Shown here piece after piece: positions 11,081-22,290 of a stretch of DNA of 64,000 bases. The DNA is from Podarcis muralis. Lineage: Eukaryota. The stretch is taken from positions 41,416,001 through 41,480,000 of the forward strand of contig NC_135668.1 in NCBI RefSeq assembly GCF_964188315.1, read 5' to 3'. The notes beneath the pieces were generated by a model. The model ran no database searches, was not told where the DNA came from, and saw only the letters and a list, made by a program, of their open reading frames with translations. Each line of letters opens with the position of its first letter. Position 1 is the stretch's first letter. The translations under genes and the position numbers were made by a program.

Positions 11081-14000
11081 ACAATTGTCTATTCAGGGAG
11101 GTTCACTGACCAAAGATTCAGTCCAGTGCAGCTCATCAATGCAAACAAGGAAGCGTAGGACAAAACATTTGCAGGATCACGAGTCCTGGGGTTCAGCCTG
11201 CAACAGACCCAGTTAGTGGAGGAGTTGTGAACACCATCATCATTTTGTATTCAGTAACTGCCCTTCACTCACCCAGGGCAGGTTATAACTCTAAAAATAT
11301 AATGCAATTAAAATGTACCAATTCATTTGCAATCTAGCTGGGTTGGAAGTTTCCACAGGAAACTTTTCTAGTGAACTTCAGGAGATGGTGGAGAACAGAG
11401 GAATGAAATGGGGGAAATCAATGAATTTTCAGGGATTGGGGACACCATTTTTTGCCACTCAACCGCTTTATTTGATTTAAAACAAACAAAAAAAAGCTTT
11501 CTGACTTCTTTGTCTCAGTGTCCATGAGACAATCAGTTGCCCAACCTCGTTCCTGTTTTTCACAAAATGGCCTGGTGGGAACATCTTGAGACCCCTCAAG
11601 ACTGTTGGTGTTCATTCTGTATCATATCATTAATGCAATAATAGTGCATAAGTGATGGGTTTATAGTAGACCGTTCCACACATCATTCTGTTTTATTAGT
11701 TTTTCTGTGATTCTTCCCCACCATTACCACATTATTACTGTCTGGAGGGGCACCCCGGCATTACAGTTCAATGAAAATGAAACCAAAAAAAGCCCAGACA
11801 TTGCTTGCATAAGTGACAGGATTCCAGCAAGAAGTTTCAGGACATGCACTAATCGGGCAACGAAGCAGCATGTCTGCCCCATAATTTTTAGAGGTGTGAA
11901 CAGAATGAAAACAGGATTACATATAACCTCCCCAAGACCATTTGGAGCACAGGCTATTAAGGATTCTTCAGCTGTGATTCCTGCATTGCTGGACTAGATG
12001 TCCCAACTCTACAATTCTGTGGTTCTATGGACGTGCAGTACAGCCTATCATCATCATCATCACCATCATCATCAAGGTTTCCCAGCCTTGCTTTGGGCTG
12101 TTCTTCTGGAAGGAGCAGTGTATAACCCAGCCTTGGCCAGCAGAGAAGGGGGGTGGAATTATGCTCCCAAATGCCTGCCCCCCAAAGGTGTTTCATTGAG
12201 CTCCCCCCCCCTCCTCCTCTTCCAAGTAGCAGAAGAAAATGCAACTCTGCTCTAGGCACAGCAGGGGAGCCTGTTCCTTGCTTGGCCCCATGCCAGTCAG
12301 ATGTTCTTGATCCAAGTGGAAGCTGGCATCTCTTCCCCACCCCATGGCCCCCACTACGGACCCTTCTAGATTTCCATTTATTGTGCATTCATGATGACTG
12401 GCGCTCATGATTGTGTCAGGGCAGGTATAATCCCACTCCTAATACAGTTTGCACCCCTATTACCCTCACAGAGCAACAACTCCCAGAGTTTCCTATGAAG
12501 AGGGATGAATTGTTAAACCACTCTGGGAATTGTATTTTTGGGAGAAGAATAGGGGTCTCCTGTAGCAGCGCTCAGCACCCTTAACTAATTTCAGCGCCTG
12601 AAATTCTTTGGGGGAAGACATAGCGATATGTTTTCGCATCGCTTTCTTCTGAATATGGTGAGTCAGTTTACCCCTTTGCTCATTCTGTGGGGCCCTGGAC
12701 TACTCCCTGGCAAGTCCCACACTGACAGCACTGACGGGAAATTTTCAGTCTACAACCACACCTCCACCCATCCCCATGTTCTTCTTTCATGAAAGTTCCC
12801 ATTTGTGATGAGAAATGTCACAAATGCAAGGCAGAAATAGCTAAACTTTGGCTAAGTAGCTGTTCTTGGATGCCACCAAAGCTTCTCTTGCCATGTGGAT
12901 TTGTTAATTTGCTGCGGTGCAAACAGCAACCGGCTGATGGGCACAATTTATGACTTGTGAAAAGTAAAGACACTGCAAACCCACCCTTAAAGAGGAAAAT
13001 GAAACACTTAAAGCTTTTTGTTTTCTGCTTACTAAAGTGGTTTGTTGCTAAGAAACTGAATGAACCATTGCCCGTTAGCATACATCCACAGCTTGTTGTC
13101 TAATGCCAATATTTTCTCTGCAAAGATGGCATGCTAAGTTGGCCCTACAGAGCAGAGCAGATATGATCAATGGGTTGCTTTTGCAGTCCAGAAGTCATTC
13201 CATGTCCCACAGAGGCTGTAAAAAGAGGTTTCTCTCTTAGTTGGTATGTGTTTTTAAATCCACAACCAAATTATTTGAAACTCTTGTTCAGAAGTCATTC
13301 AAATTCCAAACTTCTCAGTTTGTTTAGCATCAGGATTAAGAAAAAACACAACCCTATCCATGCCTACTTAGAAGAGAGGTGAGGAACTTCCAGCCCATTG
13401 ACCAAATTTGGCGCAACACTGGTCCCAATTTGACCCAGGAGGCCACTTCCCCAAAACCACACCCATCTGCCTCACAGCTGGTGTCATATGTGACATCAGG
13501 TGTGCGGCAGGTAGAGATGTCGCTGCAAAATGGGGGACTTGATCGTGCAGCCCACCCTTTCTGAAGTTGTTAGGAGATGCTTATTTCCTCCACAGAACTA
13601 CCATTTCCAGTGTGCTTTAATAATCAGCTCCCCTTCCCAGGGAATATTGGGCACTGTATCTCTCTGAGGAAATAGGGCCTCCTAACAACTCTCATCACCC
13701 TTAAACTACACTTCCCAGTATTTTTTTGTTTTTGTTTTTTGGGGGGGAGCCATGACTCTTAAAAGTGATATAACACAAGTCATGGGTGGGGATCCTCAGG
13801 CCTTGCTAGTCTGGATGGAGAATCGAGAGGCACATCCTTGGCCTGTGGCCCCTGGAATGTTGCCCTGAAGGAAATGTGGCCCTTAAGGCTGAAAACATTC
13901 CCCGCCCCTCTTCTAAGGTCTGCTCCCTTTGCGTGTAAGCAGATTGTTGTCTTTCCTAATATAAATCAGACCAGACTAAGCTGAACTCAGGTAGTTGACA

Positions 14001-16507
14001 GCTACCAAACAGCTAGTTGTATGCTTCCTATATGCAGTAAAGCTTCCCTCCACCACCAGTGCAAGTTACTCTTGTCTGATCACAGCAAACCAGAGCTGTC
14101 AGACTGCCTGCGTTGGCACCAAGTCGGTGCAGCTGGAGGTCGAAGAACATGGTTTTTACAGTTGCAATATGGTTGATGCAGCCCGTGAGGCCTTGCTGTT
14201 TGGATAATAATTACCTCCTATTGACAACAGCTGAGCTTCTCCAAGAAGCGCACAAAATCAATGCGCTGGGCATGACTAGCTGGATGACAGGAGCTCCCTG
14301 TATTACTCAGGAGGAACTTTCCAGGGGAAGATCAGGCCAGACTGGCTGCTTCTCCGTTTGACTGATGAATAAACTTATTAAGGGCCTGACAGGGTGCCCT
14401 CCAGAGGAACCATCTGCCGGCATTACTCGCGCAGAGTTACAACAGCAAGGTAGCGGTTATGTTTTAGTCATGAGTGCCAACAAGTGGTTTCAGCAGGATC
14501 TTTCCAGGGGGAAGAAAAGACTCCGGGCCTGCCAAGTATTTGGAAGGTACTGACGGCATGCACATGGCACTAGGTAGGCAAACAATTACTTATGAAGCGA
14601 AGCAGCCACTATGTCAAGGGGCTTGGCACCCGGAAGCTAGAGAATGCTGGAGGCCATAGACTTGTGCAGCGCATGTCAGGAGGGTGCGCGCTTAGAGATT
14701 CATTTCTTTCCATGTTAATGAAGGGAGAAGGAAGATGGGGGGATGACAAGACAAACAAATAAAGGCAATGAGTGTAAAGAAGAAAGGGGTTAACAACCAC
14801 AAGAGCAGAAAAGAAGCCAAAAGAGGAGATTTTGTTCCTGCAGAGAAAAAGACCTGTGCCAAGCTAACCAGAGGCAAGGTGGACCTGAAGGACAGGGGGG
14901 GCTCCTTCTCCTCCTCCTTGCCTGCATGCCACAAAAGATGCCTCTCATCCCTACAGATCTCTCTCCATAAAAAGTGGTGAGCAGAGCAGAGCCATGAGCC
15001 ATGAGACAGAGACAGATGCAGGCAGGAGAAAAAGGCTGGGGTGAATCTGCAGCTTCTGCCTGCAACTGTCTCTGGAACTGGTGGGGGAGGGATTGGTTCC
15101 AGCGGCAACAGTAAGGGAAGAGGAGGGAAGGGAGCCAATCAACAACAACACAACAGGCAGAAGCTGCTGGTCCATTCCCGGCCTTTTCTTCAGCCTGCAT
15201 CGCTCTCGGTCGGCATCCCTCCTTCATCCCTTCCAGCTTTGTCGCTACCCCACCGCTGCTTCTCCACAGGTTGTGGCAGCTGAGGTAGCTACTCTCCCCT
15301 CTCCTTTGCCACAATCCCCATTTAACAACATGAAGGAGTGCCTGGGCACCTTTGGCACACCCTCTGCGCATGCCTATGCTGGAGACTTTAGACGATGAAA
15401 AGAAAGTTAAATTAGCTTGCCTTTGTAAGCGAAAAGGAAAAACCTCCATCCTTCCCCTTCCACATCGTTGTCTGATTACGTCTCCACCACTAGTTTCCAT
15501 CTAAAATAAAAGAGTTTTATTGCATGTATGATGGCTTTGCAATAAATTGGTCCTCTTGAATAGAACATGGAAAGCTTTTTGAGATTTGACTGTTGAGGTA
15601 TTGCCCAGTGCCTCTCCAGGTATATTCTGCAGTGCCTCATTGATGGAATAATATTGGTGGTGGATTCATACTGGACTGTCCACACATTACTCCACTTTAT
15701 CAGTTGTGTTGTGAGGCTTCATCCAAGGTGTGGGGGGGGGGCATCTTCACTCCCTCCTGTGGAAATGAGCTCCATAGTTTAACTATGTGCTGCAAAGTAC
15801 TTTCCTTTGTCTGCTCTGAACCTGCTAATCATTCAGCTTCAATGGTAAAGGAGGATGGGATTTCTAGTCCTGCAAGATACGGAGGGCACCACGTTGGCCA
15901 CGCTTGCTCTAGAACTGCTTCGCAACAGCTGCAACCTTCACCTCAAATGTCCACCGCTTGCATGTGCTTGTTCTTGAAGAGATTGGGGGAAGGGGCCGTT
16001 TCCTGCACACAATGACCACAAAAGCATCTTCCCTCTCTTCCTTGTGGCAAGAACTGACATTTTATACATTAGTGGGCATAGTTAATGCAACTCCTAGGAA
16101 GGAAGGACCATGCCAGGCATTTGAATTTAATTCACTGCTGCACCCTTAGGCAAATGAGATCTTCACTTGTTTTCTGCTCCTTCTCTGTTTGCAAGAATGT
16201 TTCCTGCCCCCTCCCCACAAAAAATAAAATCAACAAAATTGTAAGTTTAAAGAAAAACCACCCTCCTGCAACTTGACATTTGCAATGCCTTTTTTTTAAA
16301 AAAAGTTGTCTGTCTCAAAAGACAGAGAAAGTACCTAAAGAATGTCCCAGTTTTCTGATATCCAGGTTTCAGCATCAAATGGAAACGATGGGCTCATTAT
16401 CCTGCTTGACATGTGGGGAGGGGGGGCAGCATCTGTATCTTCCTCTACATAAAGAGCAGCCTCCATAAAACATGGAGAGAGCCAGCACTGAACCAGCTTG
16501 TCTACTG

Positions 16508-16848
16508 CAGGTGAGGGGAGCCTTTTGCAGACTGAGGACCGCATGTCCTTCAGGGCAACCTCCCGAGGGCCACAAGCTAGCAGTGGAGGCGGCCAGAAGC
16601 AAAAGTGGGCAGAACGACAAGTTGTAAATCCTGTCTTTTCTATAGTAGACTCCACACAGAGAGAAGAGGGCAGAGCTTTCTCTCCCACACCCAGGCAAGC
16701 AAGACTCACGGTCAGAGTTCAAGGACAAATTCCAGGCAGGCTAAACCTTGCAGGTGTGATGTGGGACAGGTGAGAAGCGTTATGGAGGATGGGGTGCAGC
16801 CAGGAGAGAGTCCGAAGGAGCCTTTGGCCCGAGGTTCCCCACCCCCTG
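16508..16848 (+). mobile_element. ~340-bp hAT-like MITE
   Basis: CAG...CTG ends, degenerate 8-bp TSD (gtctactg/gtttattg); related copies ~24051-24359, ~31990-32200, ~55543-55930. Confidence 0.55.
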
Positions 16849-17175
16849 GTTTATTGCTCAAAGCAAGTATTCTTCAAGGAAGATGCAGCTATATTTGGCC
16901 CGTCGGCAAACTCCCCAGCGTATGTATTCGTGGCTCAGTGTGAGGGTTTTTCCCTCCCTCTCTTCTGAATATCACCTTTATGGCACATTTTTCATACATA
17001 ACATTCTTAGGCTTCCTAATCCAGTTCTGCTCTTTGTGTCTGGAGCCAGGGCTGGTATGGCTGCTGTGTACCTAGGGAATGTGAGGGGGGTGGAGGGGTG
17101 GGAATCTCTTGGGGGCCCAGCTCTGCAATTATTATTCTCCTTCAAAATACTAAAATGGAAGCGTTGTCGATTCCG

Positions 17176-17189
17176 GTTGCCATGGTGAT
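17176..17189 (+). promoter_or_regulatory. RFX X-box-like motif in a small CpG patch
   Basis: GTTGCCATGGTGAT, 11/14 to GTTGCCATGGCAAC; 8 CpGs in ~17161-17225. Confidence 0.4.
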
Positions 17190-18010
17190 ATTCTCCACGC
17201 CGCTCCTCCGTGGGCTGCGTCGGCCCACAGGCCCTGTAAGATTCTCTAACTTAGCCCTTTGCTTTAGTTTGTTTCGGCTGAGGGAGAAGAAGTTCACACA
17301 AATTGGCCCGGGGTTGTCACCACATGCAAAAACTCGAGGGTCCTGTCCACACCATATATTTCACAGCCATGACTTCCCCCAGGGAATTCTGGGAACTGTT
17401 GTTCGTTAAGGATGCTGAGGGATGTTGGCTCCCTTTCGTGTGCCTGGTGGCCATGTAGCGTTCTTCATAAGTTCTGGTTCATAAGTGTCCAATGCCATCT
17501 CCACCATCGCAGGTCAACAGCTAAATCCAGACACTTCTATAGCCTCGATCTCCTGAGAAAGCCCCCTTAATCCAGCTTGTATTCTTCTTTCTGATGGTCA
17601 CTAGACTCACAATAGCTCAGCAGCGGGAAATCACTTTTGAATTGCCCCTTGAAATGCGGCTCAATAAAGTCTGAGGGATAGCTGTGGGATGTAATCCACT
17701 GGGAGCAGTCAAATACAACATTCCTTGTTTTGCTAGAGTGGACATGCAAGGGAATGTTTGGTTCAGCCAGTCGAAACTTCCTGTTCCTCCTGGCTGGAGC
17801 ATCCTTCCTTGCATGTGACTGGTAAGTGGGCGTGACCTTTCCAGACCTGGTAAAAGGCCAAGGCATGCTGCCACTCTCTCTCCTTTTCCATCTTCCTTTC
17901 ATCCCGCGAACTTCCTGGAATGAACTGCTGGCTGCCAGTCAAGCAGTCCCTCAGGTCATCTCCCTTATGAGGTAAACCTGCATTTAGTTATGTTAGTACC
18001 TTTAAGCCTA

Positions 18011-18366
18011 GGGGACGCAGGTGGCACTGTGGGTTAAACCACAGAGCCTAAGACTTGCCGATCAGAAGGTTGGTGGTTTGAATCCCCGTGACGGAATGAG
18101 CTCCCGTTGCTCGGTCCCTGCTCCTGCCAACCTAGCAGTTTGAAAGTGCACCAGTGCAAGTAGATAAATAGGTACCGCTCCAGCGGGGAAGGTAAATGGC
18201 GTTTCCGTGTGCTGCTCTGGTTCGCCAGAAGCGGCTTAGTCATGCTGGCCACATGACCCGGAAGCTGTACGCCGGCTCCCTCGGCCAATAAAGCGAGATG
18301 AGCGCCGTAACCCCAGAGTCGGTCACGACTGGATCTAGTGGTCAGGGGTCCCTTTACCTTTACTAA
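18011..18366 (+). mobile_element. Sauria SINE (Squam1), full length
   Basis: gggacgcaggtggcactgtgggttaaacc head, (CCTTTA)n tail, 11-bp TSD CTTTAAGCCTA (18000-18010, 18367-18377). Confidence 0.9.
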
Positions 18367-19206
18367 CTTTAAGCCTAAAGCCTGCCTTCAGGGATCACAC
18401 CGTGCTCTGCCTGATCGTGAATAAACTTTCTTTTTATTGCTTATGAATGGTGGTGTCTTTATTCTTTTAGGAGGGATTCAAGGGGTCTTACCAGGAAAAT
18501 ATGAGGACACATTTCAATCTGGACAAGCCAGATTGAATTGCGTATTGTCTTACACGAGTTTGCAACTAGTTTTCTACTGTGTAAAGGGGAATGCACTCTG
18601 CTAAATAAGGAACTTGTTAGGAAGGATATTAATAAACAATATATCCTCTCCTGCCACCCTAAACATTCCCACAATAGCTTTGTCGGAGCATTTAACCCAA
18701 CGAAGGAGAGCAACAAGAGGTATTTCTAAGAAAGGCAAGTTTTATGGTGCAGACTTCCCCCTTCTCCCCCCCCCCACCCTGTTCACAAGGAACAGCACAC
18801 ATGAATTTCTCCTGTACCTCAAACTCCAATGGGGTGGAGGGGGGTGTTACTCCTGAGTAATCTCTGAAGGGTGCAGATTGATTTACTATGCTTCTGTACA
18901 TGGTAGGTACCATTTCTACAATTCTATGATTTGAATGCTTGCTTTAGTTTGACTGGATAGTTTATCTGCATCACATGAGCAACAGAGTCAGGAGATGAAC
19001 TGGCACCCAATGCCAGCTAGGAGGCCTTTAACACAACTGAGAGTTTCAGCCACCAGTTGTAGCCAACATAATTGTTTCCCACACTTTTTTTGCAAAAAAG
19101 AAAAAAAGGAAGGAAGCTGGAACTTTGCCCGAATCATGCAACTTTCCTAATCAGCCAAATATTGCTATTAGAAACCCAGTCCAAGATTCCCAGTGCATCA
19201 TTCTTT

Positions 19207-19207
<1 letters not shown>

Positions 19208-19237
<30 letters not shown>
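19208..19237. repeat. (CA)n microsatellite
   Basis: Directly visible. Confidence 0.95.
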
Positions 19238-19240
<3 letters not shown>

Positions 19241-20054
19241 GCATATTACACAGCCAGTCAATCTCCTTTGCTGAATGTGTCTTCTCAGCCCCCTCATCCT
19301 CAGCACTCAGCCAGGTCCCTTGCACGAGCACTTAACACTGAATTAATTAGCACATCAATGGCTGCCTCTTTCCCATTAGTAAGTTCTCATCTGACACTAA
19401 TTCTCTTTGGGGTGGGTGGGAAGGGAGCCTATTTAGCCCTAACTCATGTAATGGCTTCTGAAAAGTCCTAATGCAATTAGAGAAGTGCATTAAAGACACT
19501 TATACTTAAAGAAGTGGCAAAGAACTGCCTGCACCACAGCGATTGTATACGCATGATAAAGTCAGCACAGCAAGCAATGAATCACGTTCAGCTGGGAAGC
19601 GTCCAAACAACAAGCCTGCTCTGAGGCACCTTCTGTGAGCCCTCCTCACACACCCCTCAAATGCCACAAATTAAGTGGGGCTCCATGAATTCATGGAAGC
19701 CGCCCTAGCTTATGTTTGAAGACTGGCGTCCTGCTTCCATCGCCTCCATGTCCTCTGGGGCAGACAGAACAGCAGCCTCCGCCATAGGTTTCACCGCCGC
19801 CGTGGCTGACCTCTGCCGCCACCATATTCCCGGAAGTGGGCACAGCGCTTCCGGTGGCCATGGCAAGGCCGAGTAGGCTACAAGAAGACTAAGGACTAGC
19901 TGGGGGGGGGGGAGAGAAAGAGCCGGCACAGGTAAAGCGGGAGGGTTGGCTGGGGCACGAAGATTGAGCAGGGGAACAGTGTGCCAATCTGGTGGGAAAG
20001 AGTGTGTGGATCACATGGGGTGGGTGGGAGAAAGAGCGCACAAAGGTAAATAAA

Positions 20055-20505
20055 ATAATAATACTTTTTATTTATACCCTGCCCTCCCCAGCCCAAGGCC
20101 GGGCTCAGGGCGGCTAACAAGCAATAATAAAAACAAGTTGAATGAATACAACTTAAAAACAAGATTAAAATACAACATTAAAATATAGAAATATTAAAAT
20201 ATTAAAATGCAGCCTCATCACAGGAGGAGAAAGGAAAAAGAAAAAAGAAAGAGGGAGGGAATCAAATTGGCTCCAAGCCAAAGGCCAGGTGGATCAACTC
20301 TGTCTTAGAGGCCCTGCGGAAAGAAATCAGATCCTGCAGGGCCCTGGTCTCATGAGACAGAGCGTTACACCAGGCCGGAGGCAGTGTTGAAAAGGCCCTG
20401 GCTCTGGTTGAAGCCAATCTAACTTCCTTAGGGCCCAGGACCACTAGGGTGTTGCTATTTATGGACCTTGAGGCTCTCCGTGGGGCATACCGGGAGAGGC
20501 GGTAT
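20055..20505 (-). mobile_element. L2-clade LINE 3' fragment
   Basis: YAPRRASRS...RARAFSTLPPAWCNALS...SFRRASKTELIHLAFG resembles the L2 ORF2 C-terminus. Confidence 0.8.
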
Positions 20506-21139
20506 AAAATAAAAGTGTGTGTTTTGTTCCACCCACTTTTCACTTGGCCCTGCCACCATTGGCATGTGGCCCCTGGAAGGTCACTCACAATGGAATGTGG
20601 CCCTCAAGCTTAGAAGTCTTCCTGGATTACATCCAAGTTCCACTCACTACAGCCCTCCCATCGCCAACCTGAGCTATTGCTATGAGAGAGATTCCCTCTC
20701 CTTTGCCCTTAAAATATGATAAACAGAAGCGCGCCACTGCTGCACATCAATCTTCCATTTTTAGCTGTCACGGCTAATAGTCATTGATAGGCTTATCCTC
20801 TGCGAATTTGTCTAATCCTTTTTTAAACCCATCTAAGCTAGTGGCCCTCACCAAGGAATTCCGTAAGTTAATTAGGCAGCGCATGAAGAACGGGCTTCCT
20901 TTTATTCTGACGTGCTCATGGGATTATCAGATTGTTAAGTGCCTCGGCAGATAGAAAGCTGAAATATGTTATACACAGTTCGAGACATTCCGATTACTTG
21001 AAAAAGTCTGGGAACGAGACGCTTGGAAGTTTGTCAGCTGAAACCTGGGACACGGAAGCTGGCTGCGTGAGAGAAGCCGGCATTCCAGTGGGGAATGAGC
21101 CAACCTGCTCATAGAACGCAAGGAGGTGATAAATAGTAA

Positions 21140-21290
21140 CAGAATCACAGAACCGTAGAGTTGGAAGGGACCTCCAGGGGACATCTAGTCCAGCCCCCTG
21201 CAATGCAGGAATTGCAGCTAAAGAATCCCTGGCAGGTGGCCATCCAACCTCTGCTTTAAAACCTTCAACGGAGGAGGTCCCACCACCTTC
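21140..21290 (-). mobile_element. CR1 LINE 3' end
   Basis: agaatcacagaaccgtagagttggaagggacc...ctagtccagccccctgcaatgcagg; same as 63934-64000; another CR1 piece at ~20765-20895. Confidence 0.7.
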
Positions 21291-21291
21291 A

Positions 21292-21666
21292 GAGTCTCGA
21301 CCCAGTATACCTGAAGGAGCGTCTCCACCCCCATCGTTCTGCCCGGACACTGAGGTCCAGCGCCGAGGGCCTTCTGGTGGTTCCCTCATTGCGAGAAGCA
21401 AAGCTACAGAGAACCAAGCAGAGGGCCTTCTCGGTAGTGGCGCCCGCCCTGTGGAACGCCCTCCCAGCAGATATCAAAGAGGTAATCAACTACCTGACAT
21501 TCAGAAGACATCAGAAGGTAGCCCTGTTCAGGGAAGTTTTTAATGTGTGACATTTTAGTGTATTTTTGGTCTTTGTTGGAAGCCGCCCAGAGTGGCTGGG
21601 GAAACCCAGCCAGATGGGCGGGGTACAAATAATAAATTATTACTAATTATTATTATCATCATCATC
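21292..21666 (+). mobile_element. L2-clade LINE 3' fragment
   Basis: DPVYLKERLHPHRSARTLRSS...RAFSVVAPALWNALP...LFREVFNV* followed by the family tail and (TTA/TCA)n. Confidence 0.88.
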
Positions 21667-22137
21667 TAGGTGAGCGTGGGACTCCAGTGGATGTTGCTCT
21701 ATTGGGACAAATAGGGTTTGGTCATCTTCCACCTGCCTGCCTCCTTCCTTACAACCAGCTCTACCTGTCAACTTCCTCCTCCAAAGTTCTGCCCTTGTAG
21801 AAGCTCCTACTCCTCCCAGTTTTGCCAGCCTATCTGTGTCCCCCCCCCCCCAGCAGATTTCCCCGCTTTGGATTGCTGTGTAAACGCTTACGTTATTAAT
21901 CCTATAGCCGTCGCGTTCAGACTAACCAAGAAATCAATCATATGTTTTGAGAGCTAATAAGAAAATCCATAAACTGGACAGAACAAATAGCTAACAGATT
22001 TTCTCTGCCCTCGGCTGCAAATCAGGACAGTATCAAATACAAACACAAGCCCAATAAAATTAGTCTAGAGCAGGAAAAAGCATCAATTCTTTTAAAAGTG
22101 TTTTTTTTTAATTCAGTTTTTCTTCCTGTCCGGCTTG

Positions 22138-22290
22138 CAGAGCCAGTGTTAGAGTGCTGCACTAGGACCTGGGAGACCAGGGTTCAAATCTCCACTCGGT
22201 TCAAATATTTTCTTGGAGGAAAAAAATAAGGTAAGGGGGAACCATGTATGCCACCTTGAGCTCCTTGAAGGAAGGGTGGTATGTAAAAAC
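22138..22290 (+). mobile_element. MIR-like/CORE-type SINE fragment
   Basis: ttagagtgctgcactaggacctgggagaccagggttcaaat head; similar fragments at ~50190-50300 and ~54580-54700. Confidence 0.55.

Noticed and set aside
14113-14553. One + frame interrupted by a single TGA, with weakly repeated AELLQ/AELQQ and QEELSRGR/QQDLSRGK
   Set aside because: No recognisable protein, no SECIS-like element seen, no convincing splice context; likely chance.
14790-15500. Longest ORF in the track (236 aa, - strand)
   Set aside because: Low-complexity, overlapped by ORFs in other frames, no family similarity.
18513-18537. Perfect 10-bp hairpin TTCAATCTGG/CCAGATTGAA
   Set aside because: About one such stem is expected by chance in 64 kb.
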